DNA of 64,000 nt from a candidate division WOR-3 bacterium (GCA_023129325.1 JAGMCI010000011.1:45549-109548), one strand, 5' to 3'. Counted from the first letter of the stretch, positions 18,672 through 29,047 are shown. Numbers and translations: made by a program. Notes: generated by a model from the letters alone, not told the origin.

Positions 18672-20330
18672 ATGGGAATTCTTCTGATTATTCTGATTTT
18701 AAGTGCTCCTATTATAGTCGGGAATAAGTATTTCTCTTCTAAACTTATTTCAAAGACTTTAAAAGAAAAAAATCCTGAACATCTGCTTGATTTATACAAG
18801 ACCAACGGCTTTCTTAAAGTAAAAATTAAGGTTATAGGAGATACAATTTTAATTGAAGAAGGACCTCAATTTAGAATTGGAAGTATAAAACTTAAAGGTA
18901 ATAAAATATTTAGAGACCAAGATATTTTACACCTGTTAAAAACTCAATCAAATGAAGTTTTCAATGAAGTTGACTTTAAAAATGATATGGAAACAATTTT
19001 AACAAAATATGAAAATGTAGGTTATCCATATTGTAAAATAAAACCTTTTGACTTTGAACTTAAGGCTGATTCTGCCCGCCGTCAGGTAGGCGTCGGGCAG
19101 GTGAATTTTGGACTTGAAATTATTGAGGGACCTCTTGTAAGGATAAGTGGTATCAAAGTCCAGGGTAATAAAGTGACAAAAGATTATGTGATTTCAAGGG
19201 AGTTAAGAATTAAACAAGGCGATATTTTCAGTGAACATAGCCTTAAGGAAGCTGAGCTCAGGCTTCGTAAACTTAGGTTTCTTGAGTCTGGGGAAATAGA
19301 CCTTGTTGAGATGCCCGCCTACCCCGCTCCGACCCCGTTTCGATGGAATCGGGATTCTTTCGGAACAAGCGAAACGGGACGGAGTCGGCAAGGCAGGAAT
19401 GAACTTGAAGTCAAGGTAAAAGAAGGACTTATGAATCGTGTTGATGGAATTATTGGCTACAGGAACCGTGAATTTATTGGACTGATTGACCTTGAGCTTC
19501 TTAATCTTTTTGGAACTGGAAGAGCCATTAAGGTTAGCTGGCAGAAGCTAAGCAAACTTTCAACTTTCTTTGAACTTGGATATGAAGAACCCTGGCTATT
19601 TGGCTCTCCAATTAATCTTGTTATCAATGGGACACACAGAGTAGAAGACACAGTTTATATCAAGAATACAGCTGAAATTTTATTTAAAGCCCCAATCACT
19701 TTATCCTTTATGATAAATGGTGGTTTATGTGGCAACTGGATAGAAAGTAGCGCAGGGGTTTATCCCCCGCATCATAGAGAGGAAGAATATAGAGGGGTAT
19801 TGGGAATTGATTTTGATACTTATGGAAAATCAAGTATTCATTATAAAGTGAAGACTGAATATGATACTAATGGATTAGAAAGGATGATACTTAATCTTAA
19901 TAATTATTTATCTGTTCCTCCTTCTCACTCAGGCGGGCAGGTCTTTTTATCTCTCAATTGGCAACAAATATTTCGCAAAGAAGTTCCTGAATATGAGTTC
20001 TTTAAACTCGGCGGTTCACGAACACTTCGTGGTTATTGGGAAGAAGAGTTCCAAGGAGCTAAAGTTGGCTGGTTGAATCTTGAATACAGACGATTTGTTG
20101 GGGGTGGGTCTTACTTCTTTCCATTTTACGACATTGGTTACATATCTTGCCTGCCTGCCCGACATCTGGCAGGCGGGTCGGCAGACAGGGATGGTGATAT
20201 AAAACAAGGTTTTGGATTAGGGGTTGCTCTGAATTCACCCATAGGCGTAATTACTCTCGCTTATGGACTTGTAAAAGGAGTCAGTTTTATGGAAGGCAAA
20301 ATCCACCTCTCAATCTCCTCACGCTTCTGA
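18672..20330 (+). CDS. BamA/TamA-family outer-membrane protein (POTRA + beta barrel)
   Basis: POTRA motifs GNKVTKDYVISREL and YENVGYP; NLFGTGR; LGGSRTLRGY; C-terminal Phe; at least 5 in-frame repeat inserts. Confidence 0.85.
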   Translation: MGILLIILILSAPIIVGNKYFSSKLISKTLKEKNPEHLLDLYKTNGFLKVKIKVIGDTILIEEGPQFRIGSIKLKGNKIFRDQDILHLLKTQSNEVFNEVDFKNDMETILTKYENVGYPYCKIKPFDFELKADSARRQVGVGQVNFGLEIIEGPLVRISGIKVQGNKVTKDYVISRELRIKQGDIFSEHSLKEAELRLRKLRFLESGEIDLVEMPAYPAPTPFRWNRDSFGTSETGRSRQGRNELEVKVKEGLMNRVDGIIGYRNREFIGLIDLELLNLFGTGRAIKVSWQKLSKLSTFFELGYEEPWLFGSPINLVINGTHRVEDTVYIKNTAEILFKAPITLSFMINGGLCGNWIESSAGVYPPHHREEEYRGVLGIDFDTYGKSSIHYKVKTEYDTNGLERMILNLNNYLSVPPSHSGGQVFLSLNWQQIFRKEVPEYEFFKLGGSRTLRGYWEEEFQGAKVGWLNLEYRRFVGGGSYFFPFYDIGYISCLPARHLAGGSADRDGDIKQGFGLGVALNSPIGVITLAYGLVKGVSFMEGKIHLSISSRF

Positions 20331-20381
20331 TATCTTTAGCAATTATACTACTTTCTCCACAATTCTGTAAATCTGCAGTTA

Positions 20382-20407
20382 CCCCGCACTTATGCATAAG
20401 TGCGGGG
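20382..20407. repeat. Perfect 26-bp palindrome CCCCGCACTTATGCATAAGTGCGGGG; supplies the Mrp stop codon and may act as a terminator between convergent genes
   Basis: Direct reading; same core at 39063-39086. Confidence 0.8.
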
Positions 20408-21250
20408 CTGAATATTGTCACGAATTTTGGCTACTATTTCTTTAAATGCCTTGCTCGCCGACGAATCAGGGAAATTTTTAATAAATAAAGTACCACTATC
20501 AGAAGTCTCTACAATATTAACATCAATTGGAATTCTACCCAGAAAGGGGACATTGAGTTCTTTGGCAGATTTTTCTCCTCCACCGACCTTAAAAAGATTT
20601 ATCTCCTTTTTACAATATGGACATATAAAACCACTCATATTCTCCACAATGCCAAGGATAGGTATCTTGAGCTGTCTCAGGAAATTAACACACTTTCTTG
20701 AGTCTGAGAGGGCAATAGCTTGGGGGGTAGTAACGATAATGCCACCATTTAATTCTGGTATAAGCTGGCAAATTGATAAAGGCTCATCACCAGTGCCAGG
20801 TGGAGAATCAACTATGAGATAATCAAGTTTTCCCCAGTTTACTTCACCAATAAATTGTTTCAATGCAATCCCTTTTAGTGGACCTCTCCAGATGACCGGC
20901 ACATCAGGACTATTTAGCAATGAAGCCATTGAAAATGCCCATAAATTGGGTTTTACAAGCATAGGGGTTAAGCCCTCAGAAGTTGCTACTGGTTTTTTAC
21001 CCTCAAATCCCATCATTTTTGCTATTGATGGACCATGAATGTCTGCATCCAGTATGCCTATCTTGGCGTTATCCTCACTGAGACAGGCAGCAAGGTTTAC
21101 TGCTACAAAACTTTTGCCAACGCCACCTTTATTGGAAAGAACCAAGAGCTTGTGTTTTATCTTCTCCAAGTTTTTTTGAATCTTGTGGTTCAATTCAGCT
21201 TGCTGTCTTTGCCGTTCCTCGGCAGTATTTTTTTGTTTACTTGTATTCAT
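20390..21250 (-). CDS. Mrp/NBP35 (ApbC) Fe-S cluster carrier ATPase
   Basis: [41 protein letters not shown]; start moved to SD-supported ATG 21250. Confidence 0.9.
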   Translation of the reverse strand: MNTSKQKNTAEERQRQQAELNHKIQKNLEKIKHKLLVLSNKGGVGKSFVAVNLAACLSEDNAKIGILDADIHGPSIAKMMGFEGKKPVATSEGLTPMLVKPNLWAFSMASLLNSPDVPVIWRGPLKGIALKQFIGEVNWGKLDYLIVDSPPGTGDEPLSICQLIPELNGGIIVTTPQAIALSDSRKCVNFLRQLKIPILGIVENMSGFICPYCKKEINLFKVGGGEKSAKELNVPFLGRIPIDVNIVETSDSGTLFIKNFPDSSASKAFKEIVAKIRDNIQPRTYA

Positions 21251-22178
21251 AATATCTCCTTCCTCCATAATTATAGGTTTTAATTTTACTCTCTTTTTTA
21301 AGAATTTCAAGATATTTTATTACTTCATTTCTATGTATTCCTAAAGAGTCAGAAATATCGGATAAAGTGACAGGACGTCTTTTGACTAATTCAATAATTC
21401 TATTTTCCATAGCTATAGGGTATGCTTTTTGTAGCTTCTTTTTAAATTCAGGAATGATTTCACAATTTTCACCAAAGGCATTTTTAATTTTTTCCAATTC
21501 AATGGGAGTCAGGGGGGAAATGGATTTCTCAGTTGGAGGACGGATTACTGTATTTAACTGCACTTTATCAAACCCTATTTCTGAAATAATTGACTTAAAA
21601 TGCTCAATCTCTTGAGAAGAAGCATTAATTCCTTTAATAAGCATTATTTCAAGCCATATTTTGCCCTTAAATTCGTGCCTAAAATCCTTTAACCCAAGTA
21701 TAATTTCATCAAAATTAAGCGAAGCGTGTGGACGATTTACAAGATTAAAAGTCTCCAAATCAGCAGCATCCAGTGATGGAATGACTAAATCAGCTGGAAG
21801 CAGCTCTTTTCTCACTGTTCTGTCATATAGCAAAGACCCATTGGTGAGAACTGCAAGAGGTATTTTTGTTAACTTTTTGATACCGAGTATGATTTCTCCA
21901 ATAGCTGAATTAAGGGCTGGTTCACCAGAACCCGAGAGAGTAATATAATCAATTTTTTGGTTCAGAGAAATTGCTTCCTTAACCTGTGGCAGAATGTTGT
22001 CCCTTTTAACATATTCTTTTCTCTCAATAGTTTGGTTAGTCGTCACCCCTAATTGACAGTAAATACAGTCAAATGAACAAGTTTTATAAGGGACAAGGTC
22101 AACACCTAAAGAAAATCCAAGTCTTCTGGATGGAACAGGTCCGTAAATATACTTTTGCATATCCTTAATTTCAGTCAC
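21237..22178 (-). CDS. Radical SAM protein
   Basis: [24 protein letters not shown]. Confidence 0.85.
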   Translation of the reverse strand: MTEIKDMQKYIYGPVPSRRLGFSLGVDLVPYKTCSFDCIYCQLGVTTNQTIERKEYVKRDNILPQVKEAISLNQKIDYITLSGSGEPALNSAIGEIILGIKKLTKIPLAVLTNGSLLYDRTVRKELLPADLVIPSLDAADLETFNLVNRPHASLNFDEIILGLKDFRHEFKGKIWLEIMLIKGINASSQEIEHFKSIISEIGFDKVQLNTVIRPPTEKSISPLTPIELEKIKNAFGENCEIIPEFKKKLQKAYPIAMENRIIELVKRRPVTLSDISDSLGIHRNEVIKYLEILKKESKIKTYNYGGRRYYEYK

Positions 22179-22744
22179 AGAAAAACAGAGAACTGAAGAC
22201 AGAGAACAGAAGACAAAAATTCTGACTTCTGGCTTCTGACATCTGACTTCTGATTTTTTATTATGTCTTTAATAATTTCTCTGTTACTGGAAAAGGGTAT
22301 AAATGGTAATTTTTCAACTCCTATAAACTTCACTTCTACCGTATCGGTGCCTGGTAGGAGTTTCCCTTTTTCTATCTTCACCTCATAGGCAATAAGCAAC
22401 ACATTCTTGTAAATTTTTGTCTTCTGGCTATATACACCAATCAATCTTAAAATCTTTCCCTTTAAACCAGTTTCCTCTTTTAATTCTCTTAAGCAAGCTT
22501 TTTCTGGAGTCTCATTTATTTCTATAAATCCTGATGGCAAAGCCCATCTTCCTTTATGAGGGCTGACTCCCCTTTTTATTAAAAGGATTTCATTTTTTGA
22601 GTTCTTGACCAATGCTACCACAGAAGGAAGCGGGTTCTCATAATTTATCCAGTTACATTTGGGACACACAAGCCTCTTACGGCCATCCATTTTAAGTGTT
22701 TTAAGTAAATGTTTGCATCTCGGACAATATTTAATATTGGTCAT
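22175..22744 (-). CDS. NUDIX hydrolase with N-terminal zinc ribbon
   Basis: CPRC...CPKC; GFIEINETPEKACLRELKEETG Nudix box; C-terminus encoded by heptamer repeats. Confidence 0.9.
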   Translation of the reverse strand: MTNIKYCPRCKHLLKTLKMDGRKRLVCPKCNWINYENPLPSVVALVKNSKNEILLIKRGVSPHKGRWALPSGFIEINETPEKACLRELKEETGLKGKILRLIGVYSQKTKIYKNVLLIAYEVKIEKGKLLPGTDTVEVKFIGVEKLPFIPFSSNREIIKDIIKNQKSDVRSQKSEFLSSVLCLQFSVFL

Positions 22745-23343
22745 TTTTCATTCTCCTTTATAAATGAAAGGGGAAACACTATGTCACTTGTGCAACAAGG
22801 AATCCAAACTCCAAGAAATAAAAACAAGAAGGTAATGGCAAACAAGGCTAAATTTATTGTCCCACCTAACGCCATAATTATGTGAAACAGTGTTGCCCAG
22901 GTACTTAATAAGACATGTCCGGCATGGGGAAATTTAGTTCTGGGTCTAAAATAAGCAATTGTAATACCCACGAATGCCAAAGGATTCACAAGCCACCATT
23001 TTTCAATAAAACCTATATGGATTCCTCTATTAGGTAAATTAAGTAAAGTTTCACCAAGATAGGGAATTATTGAATCACTTAATGTGGCGATACCAATTGA
23101 CCCAAAATAACCAATTAAGAGCAATCCCCAGAGTTTAGGCTTTTTTTTAATATGAAGTTCATACATAGATGCAGTTACAAGTGCGCTCAGGAGAACATGA
23201 ATTGGATGTAAAATATAAAAAATATTATATGAGACCTTAAAAGGAAGATTACGAAAAACTATCATAATACCAATTCCCGTGAGAGCTCCAAAAGCAGTAA
23301 ATGGAGCGTGACGCTTAAGTTCAATTATTATCTGTTTAAACAT
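22741..23343 (-). CDS. Conserved hypothetical membrane protein (His-containing TM segments)
   Basis: Hydrophobic helices; HAPFT, HPIH, PHAGH, PCCTSDI. Confidence 0.6.
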   Translation of the reverse strand: MFKQIIIELKRHAPFTAFGALTGIGIMIVFRNLPFKVSYNIFYILHPIHVLLSALVTASMYELHIKKKPKLWGLLLIGYFGSIGIATLSDSIIPYLGETLLNLPNRGIHIGFIEKWWLVNPLAFVGITIAYFRPRTKFPHAGHVLLSTWATLFHIIMALGGTINLALFAITFLFLFLGVWIPCCTSDIVFPLSFIKENEK

Positions 23344-23346
23344 TAT

Positions 23347-23712
23347 TTATTCGGTTTTATCCAAGCCATAGCCCTTGCCAAGTCCAGGCTTACATATATT
23401 TTCTCCTCCCTTAAGAGTTCCTTTAACCAATTTATCTATCACCTCATCTATACTGCCGCTAATCCCGATAATAGGTTCAACTCCTTGCTCAGCAAATAAT
23501 CCAGAAGCACGGTGCCCCATACCACCTGCAACAATACAATTTACTCCCATATTGTGTAAAAATTGAGGTAAATACCCTGGGTGATGCCCGGGGTTATCAA
23601 TAGTTTTTTTACTTACTAAATTACCATCTTCAATTTTTACAATGGTAAAAGAAGGACATCTTCCAAAATGTTGGGATACAAAATTACTATCTGTTGAAAT
23701 TGCAATAATCAT
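23347..23712 (-). CDS. NifB/NifX family cofactor-binding protein
   Basis: HFGRCPSF, GGMG. Confidence 0.85.
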   Translation of the reverse strand: MIIAISTDSNFVSQHFGRCPSFTIVKIEDGNLVSKKTIDNPGHHPGYLPQFLHNMGVNCIVAGGMGHRASGLFAEQGVEPIIGISGSIDEVIDKLVKGTLKGGENICKPGLGKGYGLDKTE

Positions 23713-23723
23713 TTTACCTCCTT

Positions 23724-24686
23724 TTAAAATTTTGGTTTTAAAACATTATTTTTAAGATTTTTAAACTTTAACCCTTGAAAAAAATTTCTTCTTGTAAGTT
23801 CTTGTTCAATGCGAGAGACAATTTCGCTTTTTGTAAGATTCCATTTTGGTGCAATTAGCATATCGTCTTCAAGAACCTCACCTACGAGTCGTTGAATAGT
23901 AATATTTGGCGGAAGCAGTTCAATTATATCAGAGACAAGCGGTATATACTCTTCAATAGAAAGAGTTTTGAATTCTTTCTTTTCAAAATCTTTTGCAAGG
24001 TTTGTACTTTTAATTACTTGAAGATGATGGATTTTAATTCCATCTATATCCATTTTTGCTAATGTTTTTACTGTTTCAAGCATATCCTTTTTTGTCTCAT
24101 CAGGCAAACCAAGAATAATGTGAACACAAATAAAGATATTTCTGTTCCGAGTTCTTTTAATTGCATCTTTAAATTGGGCAAAGTTATGTCCACGATTGAT
24201 TCTTAATAGTGTTTTATTATGTATTGATTGCAACCCATACTCAAGCCATACCTGACATTTTTTTGCGTAACTCTCAATAAGGTCAAGCACCTCATCAGGC
24301 ACGCAATCTGGCCTTGTGCCAATACAGAGTCCAACAATATCAGGGTCAAGTAGAGCTTCATCATAAACTTTTTTTAAAAATTTTACATCAGCATAAGTAT
24401 TTGTATAGGGTTGAAAGTAAGCAAGAAATTTTGTGCTTTTTCTCTCAAGTAATTTCTTTCCATATTGTATCTGGTCATAAACACTTGTCTTTGTTCTTCC
24501 TGTCTGCCGATAGGCAAGAAATGTTGGCAAACTAAAACTTTGAGCATTACAGTAAGTACAGCCACTATACCCTAATGTTCCGTCTCTTGTAGGGCAGGTA
24601 AAACCAGCGTCTATAGGTATTTTGTAAACCTTGAATCCAAATTTATCTTTCAAAAACTGACTAAATGAATAATATCTTTGGTTCAT
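23724..24686 (-). CDS. YhcC/TIGR01212-type radical SAM protein
   Basis: DAGFTCPTRDG...GCTYC, YFQPYTNTY, GTRPDC, EYGLQS. Confidence 0.9.
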   Translation of the reverse strand: MNQRYYSFSQFLKDKFGFKVYKIPIDAGFTCPTRDGTLGYSGCTYCNAQSFSLPTFLAYRQTGRTKTSVYDQIQYGKKLLERKSTKFLAYFQPYTNTYADVKFLKKVYDEALLDPDIVGLCIGTRPDCVPDEVLDLIESYAKKCQVWLEYGLQSIHNKTLLRINRGHNFAQFKDAIKRTRNRNIFICVHIILGLPDETKKDMLETVKTLAKMDIDGIKIHHLQVIKSTNLAKDFEKKEFKTLSIEEYIPLVSDIIELLPPNITIQRLVGEVLEDDMLIAPKWNLTKSEIVSRIEQELTRRNFFQGLKFKNLKNNVLKPKF

Positions 24687-24688
24687 TT

Positions 24689-25570
24689 CTAAATATTTAT
24701 TCCTTTTAGCACTATATCGCCATCTTTTAAGCCTATGTCTTTAGCTATTACAGGGCACTTTATTTTTAGGAGGAAAAATATAGGCCGCTTTTCTTCTGAA
24801 AGTGCTTCGTAATTTCCTTGTCCCTTGCTTATGATGAATTTTGCATTATTGTAAACTTTTCTAAACTCTTTATTTGTAGTTTTAAGGACAACACCGGGAG
24901 CATCTGTGCCTGAAGATAAAATGGTTGCAACTTGAGAAAGTCCTGCTTCTACAGCATCCTCGCGAGTTGCATCATTTATTACTGGTTTTTCCCTTACGAC
25001 AAATGTTGTAGGTTTATTCACCCCGCCCTTGTGCACAAGGGCGGGGTTCATTTCTTCTATTAAAATTCTGTCAAATACAGTTTCACCTGCATTATCTCCA
25101 ATGTATAAAATCTCATCAGTAGACGCAAGATGCTCTTTGAACTTATTATAATCACATATTGCAAATTTTTTCTCCTTTTTCAATATTTCATATATTTCTT
25201 TCTCAAGCTCAAACTCTCTATCTGCACCAAAGTCTATGACATTTCCAGCAATGGAAAGTCTTATTGCTGTGAGCAATCTATCTTTTGATTCTTCAATCTC
25301 TTTCTTTAAAAATGGATAAAGTTTTAAAGCTATTTTTGTATATTTTTCTTTTATTTTTTTAAATGGGTCAGGAACACCGAGCATTTCTCTTATTTTTTTA
25401 TATACTAATCTCCCGGTTTCCGGTGGCGAACTATTAAGGGGAATATCTTTTACCATCATTCCAATTTCATCTAATATTTCTTTTATCTTCTTTTCATCAT
25501 TAGTTATTATCCGGGATGCCCAGAGTGCTTGTTTTAAAAAACAAGGGATACAATCAAGATATGTCCTCAT
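24689..25570 (-). CDS. DUF89/ARMT1-like damage-control phosphatase
   Basis: DCIPC, AGNVIDFG, GDNAGETVFD, KGQGNYE; in-frame 30-nt insert NPALVHKGGV. Confidence 0.9.
   Translation of the reverse strand: MRTYLDCIPCFLKQALWASRIITNDEKKIKEILDEIGMMVKDIPLNSSPPETGRLVYKKIREMLGVPDPFKKIKEKYTKIALKLYPFLKKEIEESKDRLLTAIRLSIAGNVIDFGADREFELEKEIYEILKKEKKFAICDYNKFKEHLASTDEILYIGDNAGETVFDRILIEEMNPALVHKGGVNKPTTFVVREKPVINDATREDAVEAGLSQVATILSSGTDAPGVVLKTTNKEFRKVYNNAKFIISKGQGNYEALSEEKRPIFFLLKIKCPVIAKDIGLKDGDIVLKGINI
25017..25050. mobile_element. CCCCG...CGGGG mini-element with TTCA duplication, in frame in the DUF89 gene
   Basis: TTCA-CCCCGCCCTTGTGCACAAGGGCGGGG-TTCA. Confidence 0.85.
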
Positions 25571-26223
25571 TTCCTCTCACCGAATATTAAAGTCCCAATT
25601 CTTACAATATTTGCTCCTTCTTCTATCGCGATTTTGTATGAATTTGTCATCCCCATTGAAAGGTATTTCATCTCTATATTTGGAAGCTTAAGGGTTTTTA
25701 TCTTCTCAAAAACCTTTTTTGTCTCAATAAAATAAGGTCTTGAGTCTTCTGGATTTCCAAATCTTGGGCCCATTGTCATTAAGCCCAAAACCTTTATATG
25801 CGGAAGCTTTGAAATTTCTATTATAAGTTTTTCTGTGTTTTCAGGAAAGACACCAGCTTTCTGAATTTCTTTGCCACTATTCACTTCTACTAAGACAGGC
25901 ATAACCTTATCTAAAGCAGAACATCTCTTATTTATTTCTTCTGCGAGTTTGATAGAATCAATGGTCTCTATCAGAGACACGAACTTTACAAGTTTTCTAA
26001 CTTTGTTTTTTTGAGGATGACCGATAAAATGCCATTTTACCTTATTTCCTATCTCTTTGTATCTATTTTCCATCTCTTGTGCATAGTTATCTCCTACAAT
26101 TTTTATTCCTGCATCAATAGCTTCTAAAATTTCTTTAGTAGTTTTTGTCTTTATTGCTGCCTCTAAGATAATTCCTTCTGGTAGTTTCTTAAGTATAGCC
26201 CTTACATTTTCTCTTATTCCCAT
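25567..26223 (-). CDS. yggS: YggS/PROSC PLP-homeostasis protein
   Basis: WHFIGH.QKNK, GLMTMG, LSMGM, VRIGTLIFG. Confidence 0.9.
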   Translation of the reverse strand: MGIRENVRAILKKLPEGIILEAAIKTKTTKEILEAIDAGIKIVGDNYAQEMENRYKEIGNKVKWHFIGHPQKNKVRKLVKFVSLIETIDSIKLAEEINKRCSALDKVMPVLVEVNSGKEIQKAGVFPENTEKLIIEISKLPHIKVLGLMTMGPRFGNPEDSRPYFIETKKVFEKIKTLKLPNIEMKYLSMGMTNSYKIAIEEGANIVRIGTLIFGERK

Positions 26224-26226
26224 TTT

Positions 26227-27144
26227 TTATCTGTGATTACAAAGTGCTTTTATATTATTCCACATAATTTTTATGATTTTAGAGGCAGCATTTTCAGAAT
26301 ATTCTACTACAGGAACGCCATTTACCAATGCTTCTATAACTATTTTATCAAAAGGTATCTTGCCTATTAGATTGATATTTGACTTTTGGCAATATTCTTC
26401 GATAAATTTTGTATTTTTAAGATTTAAGTCATATTTATTTATGCAAACTACTGTTTTGACACCGAAGTGATTTGTTACTTTTATAATTCTTTCCATATCA
26501 TGAATGCCTGAAAGACTTGGCTCTGTGACAATTAAAGCAAGGTCTGCCCCAGAGAGACTTGCAATTACAGGGCAACCAATACCAGGCGGACCATCAATTA
26601 TGATATAATCCATTCCGCTTGAGGCGGACTCAGTAACGGATATTGCGTTTTGTCTTACTAAAGTTACAAGTCTGCCTGAATTCTCTTCAGCAATTCCTAA
26701 TTTTGCATGAACTAATGCCCCATATTTAGTGTCAGAAATATACCACTCTCCAGATATGTTTTCTCTCATTGTAATTGCATTCTCTGGACATATATACTTA
26801 CAAACTCCACATCCCTCACATGAAATTGTGTCAATTTCCACTATGTCATGCTGAACTTGTTTCAGCATCTCTCGCTTCCGACCCCTGACTTCTGATATTG
26901 CATCAAATCGACATACATTTATACATTTACCGCATTGAGTACATTTTTCTTGATTTATAATTGCTTTCTTGCTTCCCATAAATTGGTGTGTCTCTTTTAC
27001 ATCAGGATGCAAAAGAAGATGAAGGTCAGCCGCATCCACATCACAATCTGCCATTACTTTTTTCTCAGCCAATGCAGCAAAACTCGCAGCAATAACTGTC
27101 TTTCCTGTTCCTCCTTTACCACTAATGATAACAATTTGTTTCAT
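26227..27144 (-). CDS. MinD-like P-loop ATPase with inserted 4Fe-4S ferredoxin domain
   Basis: SGKGGTGKT, DCDVDAADL, CTQCGKC, CEGCGVC, DGPPGIGCP. Confidence 0.9.
   Translation of the reverse strand: MKQIVIISGKGGTGKTVIAASFAALAEKKVMADCDVDAADLHLLLHPDVKETHQFMGSKKAIINQEKCTQCGKCINVCRFDAISEVRGRKREMLKQVQHDIVEIDTISCEGCGVCKYICPENAITMRENISGEWYISDTKYGALVHAKLGIAEENSGRLVTLVRQNAISVTESASSGMDYIIIDGPPGIGCPVIASLSGADLALIVTEPSLSGIHDMERIIKVTNHFGVKTVVCINKYDLNLKNTKFIEEYCQKSNINLIGKIPFDKIVIEALVNGVPVVEYSENAASKIIKIMWNNIKALCNHR
26844..26870 (+). repeat. TGTC-type REP-like palindrome, in frame (REMLKQVQHD)
   Basis: TGTC-ATGCTGAA-CTTGT-TTCAGCAT-CT. Confidence 0.7.
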
Positions 27145-28301
27145 TTTGACCTTCTTTTGACCTCTTCATATACTTCTTTGAGTGGAATTTTATATTTCTT
27201 AGCTATTTTCCCACAGTCTTCATACTCGGGGGAAAAGTTTTTTGCTCCATTTTCGGCTATACCAACCTTAATTTTAATCTTTCCAAATTTTGTATCAATA
27301 ATTTTAGTTTCTCTTTTAAGTTTTTTCCGCCTCTTTATTTCTGAGATCCTTACTCCTAAGGTAGTGGTCTCTTTGAATATAATTGTTAAAAGTTCATCAA
27401 CCTTGTCAAGTGGGGATATAACACTGAGTATTATTCCAGGTCTTGTCTTTTTCATATAGACTGGTGTAAGGAAGACATCCTTGGCTCCTTTCTTAAGCAA
27501 TAATTCCATAACATAACCATAGAGTTCAGGATTCATATCATCAATATTAGTCTCTAACTCAATTACCCTGTCCTCATCATGTATAATATCAGTGTCGCCA
27601 ATTAAGACCCTTAATGCATTTGGTATGGATAGTTTTCGGCTCCCAAGACCGTAACCAATGCTTTCTATTTTCATTGGTGGCATCTCTCCAAAACTTTTAG
27701 ATAAAATGGTAATGATACCAGCACCCGTCGGGGTTACAAGTTCGCTTCTTATACCGGTTGAGTAAATGGGGATACCTTTTAATAGTTCCATAGTAGCTGG
27801 AGCAGGGACTGGGAGTTTACCGTGAGCACAATCAATAAAGCCAGTTCCGGTATGTAATTTTGAAGCATAAATTTCTTGTATATCCATTTCTTTAATAAGA
27901 ATCATTGCACCAACAATATCAATTATTGAGTCTATGGCGCCTACTTCATGCAGATGAATTTCATTTATTTTCTTATTATGTATTTTAGCCTCAGCAGAAG
28001 CAATTTTTGAGAAAACTTTTTTGCTCTTTTCTTTAATCTCCTTATATAAGCCACTCTCATCAATTATCTGGAATATATCCTTTATTTTCCTTTCCGACTG
28101 TTTTTGAGTTAAATTAACATCAAATTTAGTCCCCCAAATCCCATTTCTTTCTTCTTTTTCTGAAGTTATCTTGTAGCCCGAAAGATTTAATTTCTTAAGT
28201 TCAGCTTTCAAATATTTAATATCTACCCCAGCGTCAATCATTGAGCCAATTATCATATCTCCTGCTATGCCAGAAAAACAATCAAAATAAGCTACTCTCA
28301 T
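27141..28301 (-). CDS. larC: Nickel pincer cofactor biosynthesis protein LarC
   Basis: DCFSGIAGDM, HLHEVGAIDSI, PVPAPAT, TPTGA, ETNIDD, MKKTRPG, PEYED. Confidence 0.95.
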   Translation of the reverse strand: MRVAYFDCFSGIAGDMIIGSMIDAGVDIKYLKAELKKLNLSGYKITSEKEERNGIWGTKFDVNLTQKQSERKIKDIFQIIDESGLYKEIKEKSKKVFSKIASAEAKIHNKKINEIHLHEVGAIDSIIDIVGAMILIKEMDIQEIYASKLHTGTGFIDCAHGKLPVPAPATMELLKGIPIYSTGIRSELVTPTGAGIITILSKSFGEMPPMKIESIGYGLGSRKLSIPNALRVLIGDTDIIHDEDRVIELETNIDDMNPELYGYVMELLLKKGAKDVFLTPVYMKKTRPGIILSVISPLDKVDELLTIIFKETTTLGVRISEIKRRKKLKRETKIIDTKFGKIKIKVGIAENGAKNFSPEYEDCGKIAKKYKIPLKEVYEEVKRRSK

Positions 28302-29047
28302 CTCATTTGATTTATCAAGCTAGCTATATAGCCAGCTCCAAATCCGTTATCTATGTTCACTACAGCTATACCAGGGGCACAGGAATTAAGCATAGTTAAT
28401 AAAGGCGCCAGACCTTGAAAATTAGTTCCATATCCAACACTGGTTGGGACAGCAATTACAGGACGGTCAACCATACCACAAACCACGCCAGGGAGAGCTC
28501 CTTCCAGCCCGGCAACCACTATTAAAACATTTGCTGAAAATAAACTTTCCCTGTTATCAAGTAGACGATGCAATCCAGCAATTCCAACATCATACAGACG
28601 CTCAACTTTATTGCCCATTACTTCTGCTGTTAAAGCCGCTTCTTCAGCTACCGGTATATCAGCTGTTCCAGCAGTGATGACAAGTATAGTCTTTTTATTT
28701 TCTCTCCTTGGTCTCTTCCCGATTACGATTGCTCTTGCTTCCTTACAATATTCAACTTTAGGAGCTATGCCTTTTATCTCTTGGTATATTTCATCACTCA
28801 CTCGTGTGGCAAGAATTGTCCGATTTAGAGGCAACATCTGTCTAACAATCTTTTTGATTTGTGATTTTGATTTGCCTTCGCAAAAGATAACTTCAGGAAA
28901 TCCTTTTCTTAAACCCCGATGGGTATCTATTTTTGCAAATCCAATATCCTGGTAAGGAAGGCATTTAAGCTTTTCCATTGCCTCTTTGATAGTGAACTTG
29001 CCAGACTTAACATCTTCTAATATTTGTTTGATTTTTAGCTTATCCAT
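28298..29047 (-). CDS. larB: Nickel pincer cofactor biosynthesis protein LarB
   Basis: GFPEVIFCEGK, AGTADIPVAEEA, DVGIAGLHRL, PTSVGYG, NIDNGFGA. Confidence 0.95.
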   Translation of the reverse strand: MDKLKIKQILEDVKSGKFTIKEAMEKLKCLPYQDIGFAKIDTHRGLRKGFPEVIFCEGKSKSQIKKIVRQMLPLNRTILATRVSDEIYQEIKGIAPKVEYCKEARAIVIGKRPRRENKKTILVITAGTADIPVAEEAALTAEVMGNKVERLYDVGIAGLHRLLDNRESLFSANVLIVVAGLEGALPGVVCGMVDRPVIAVPTSVGYGTNFQGLAPLLTMLNSCAPGIAVVNIDNGFGAGYIASLINQMR

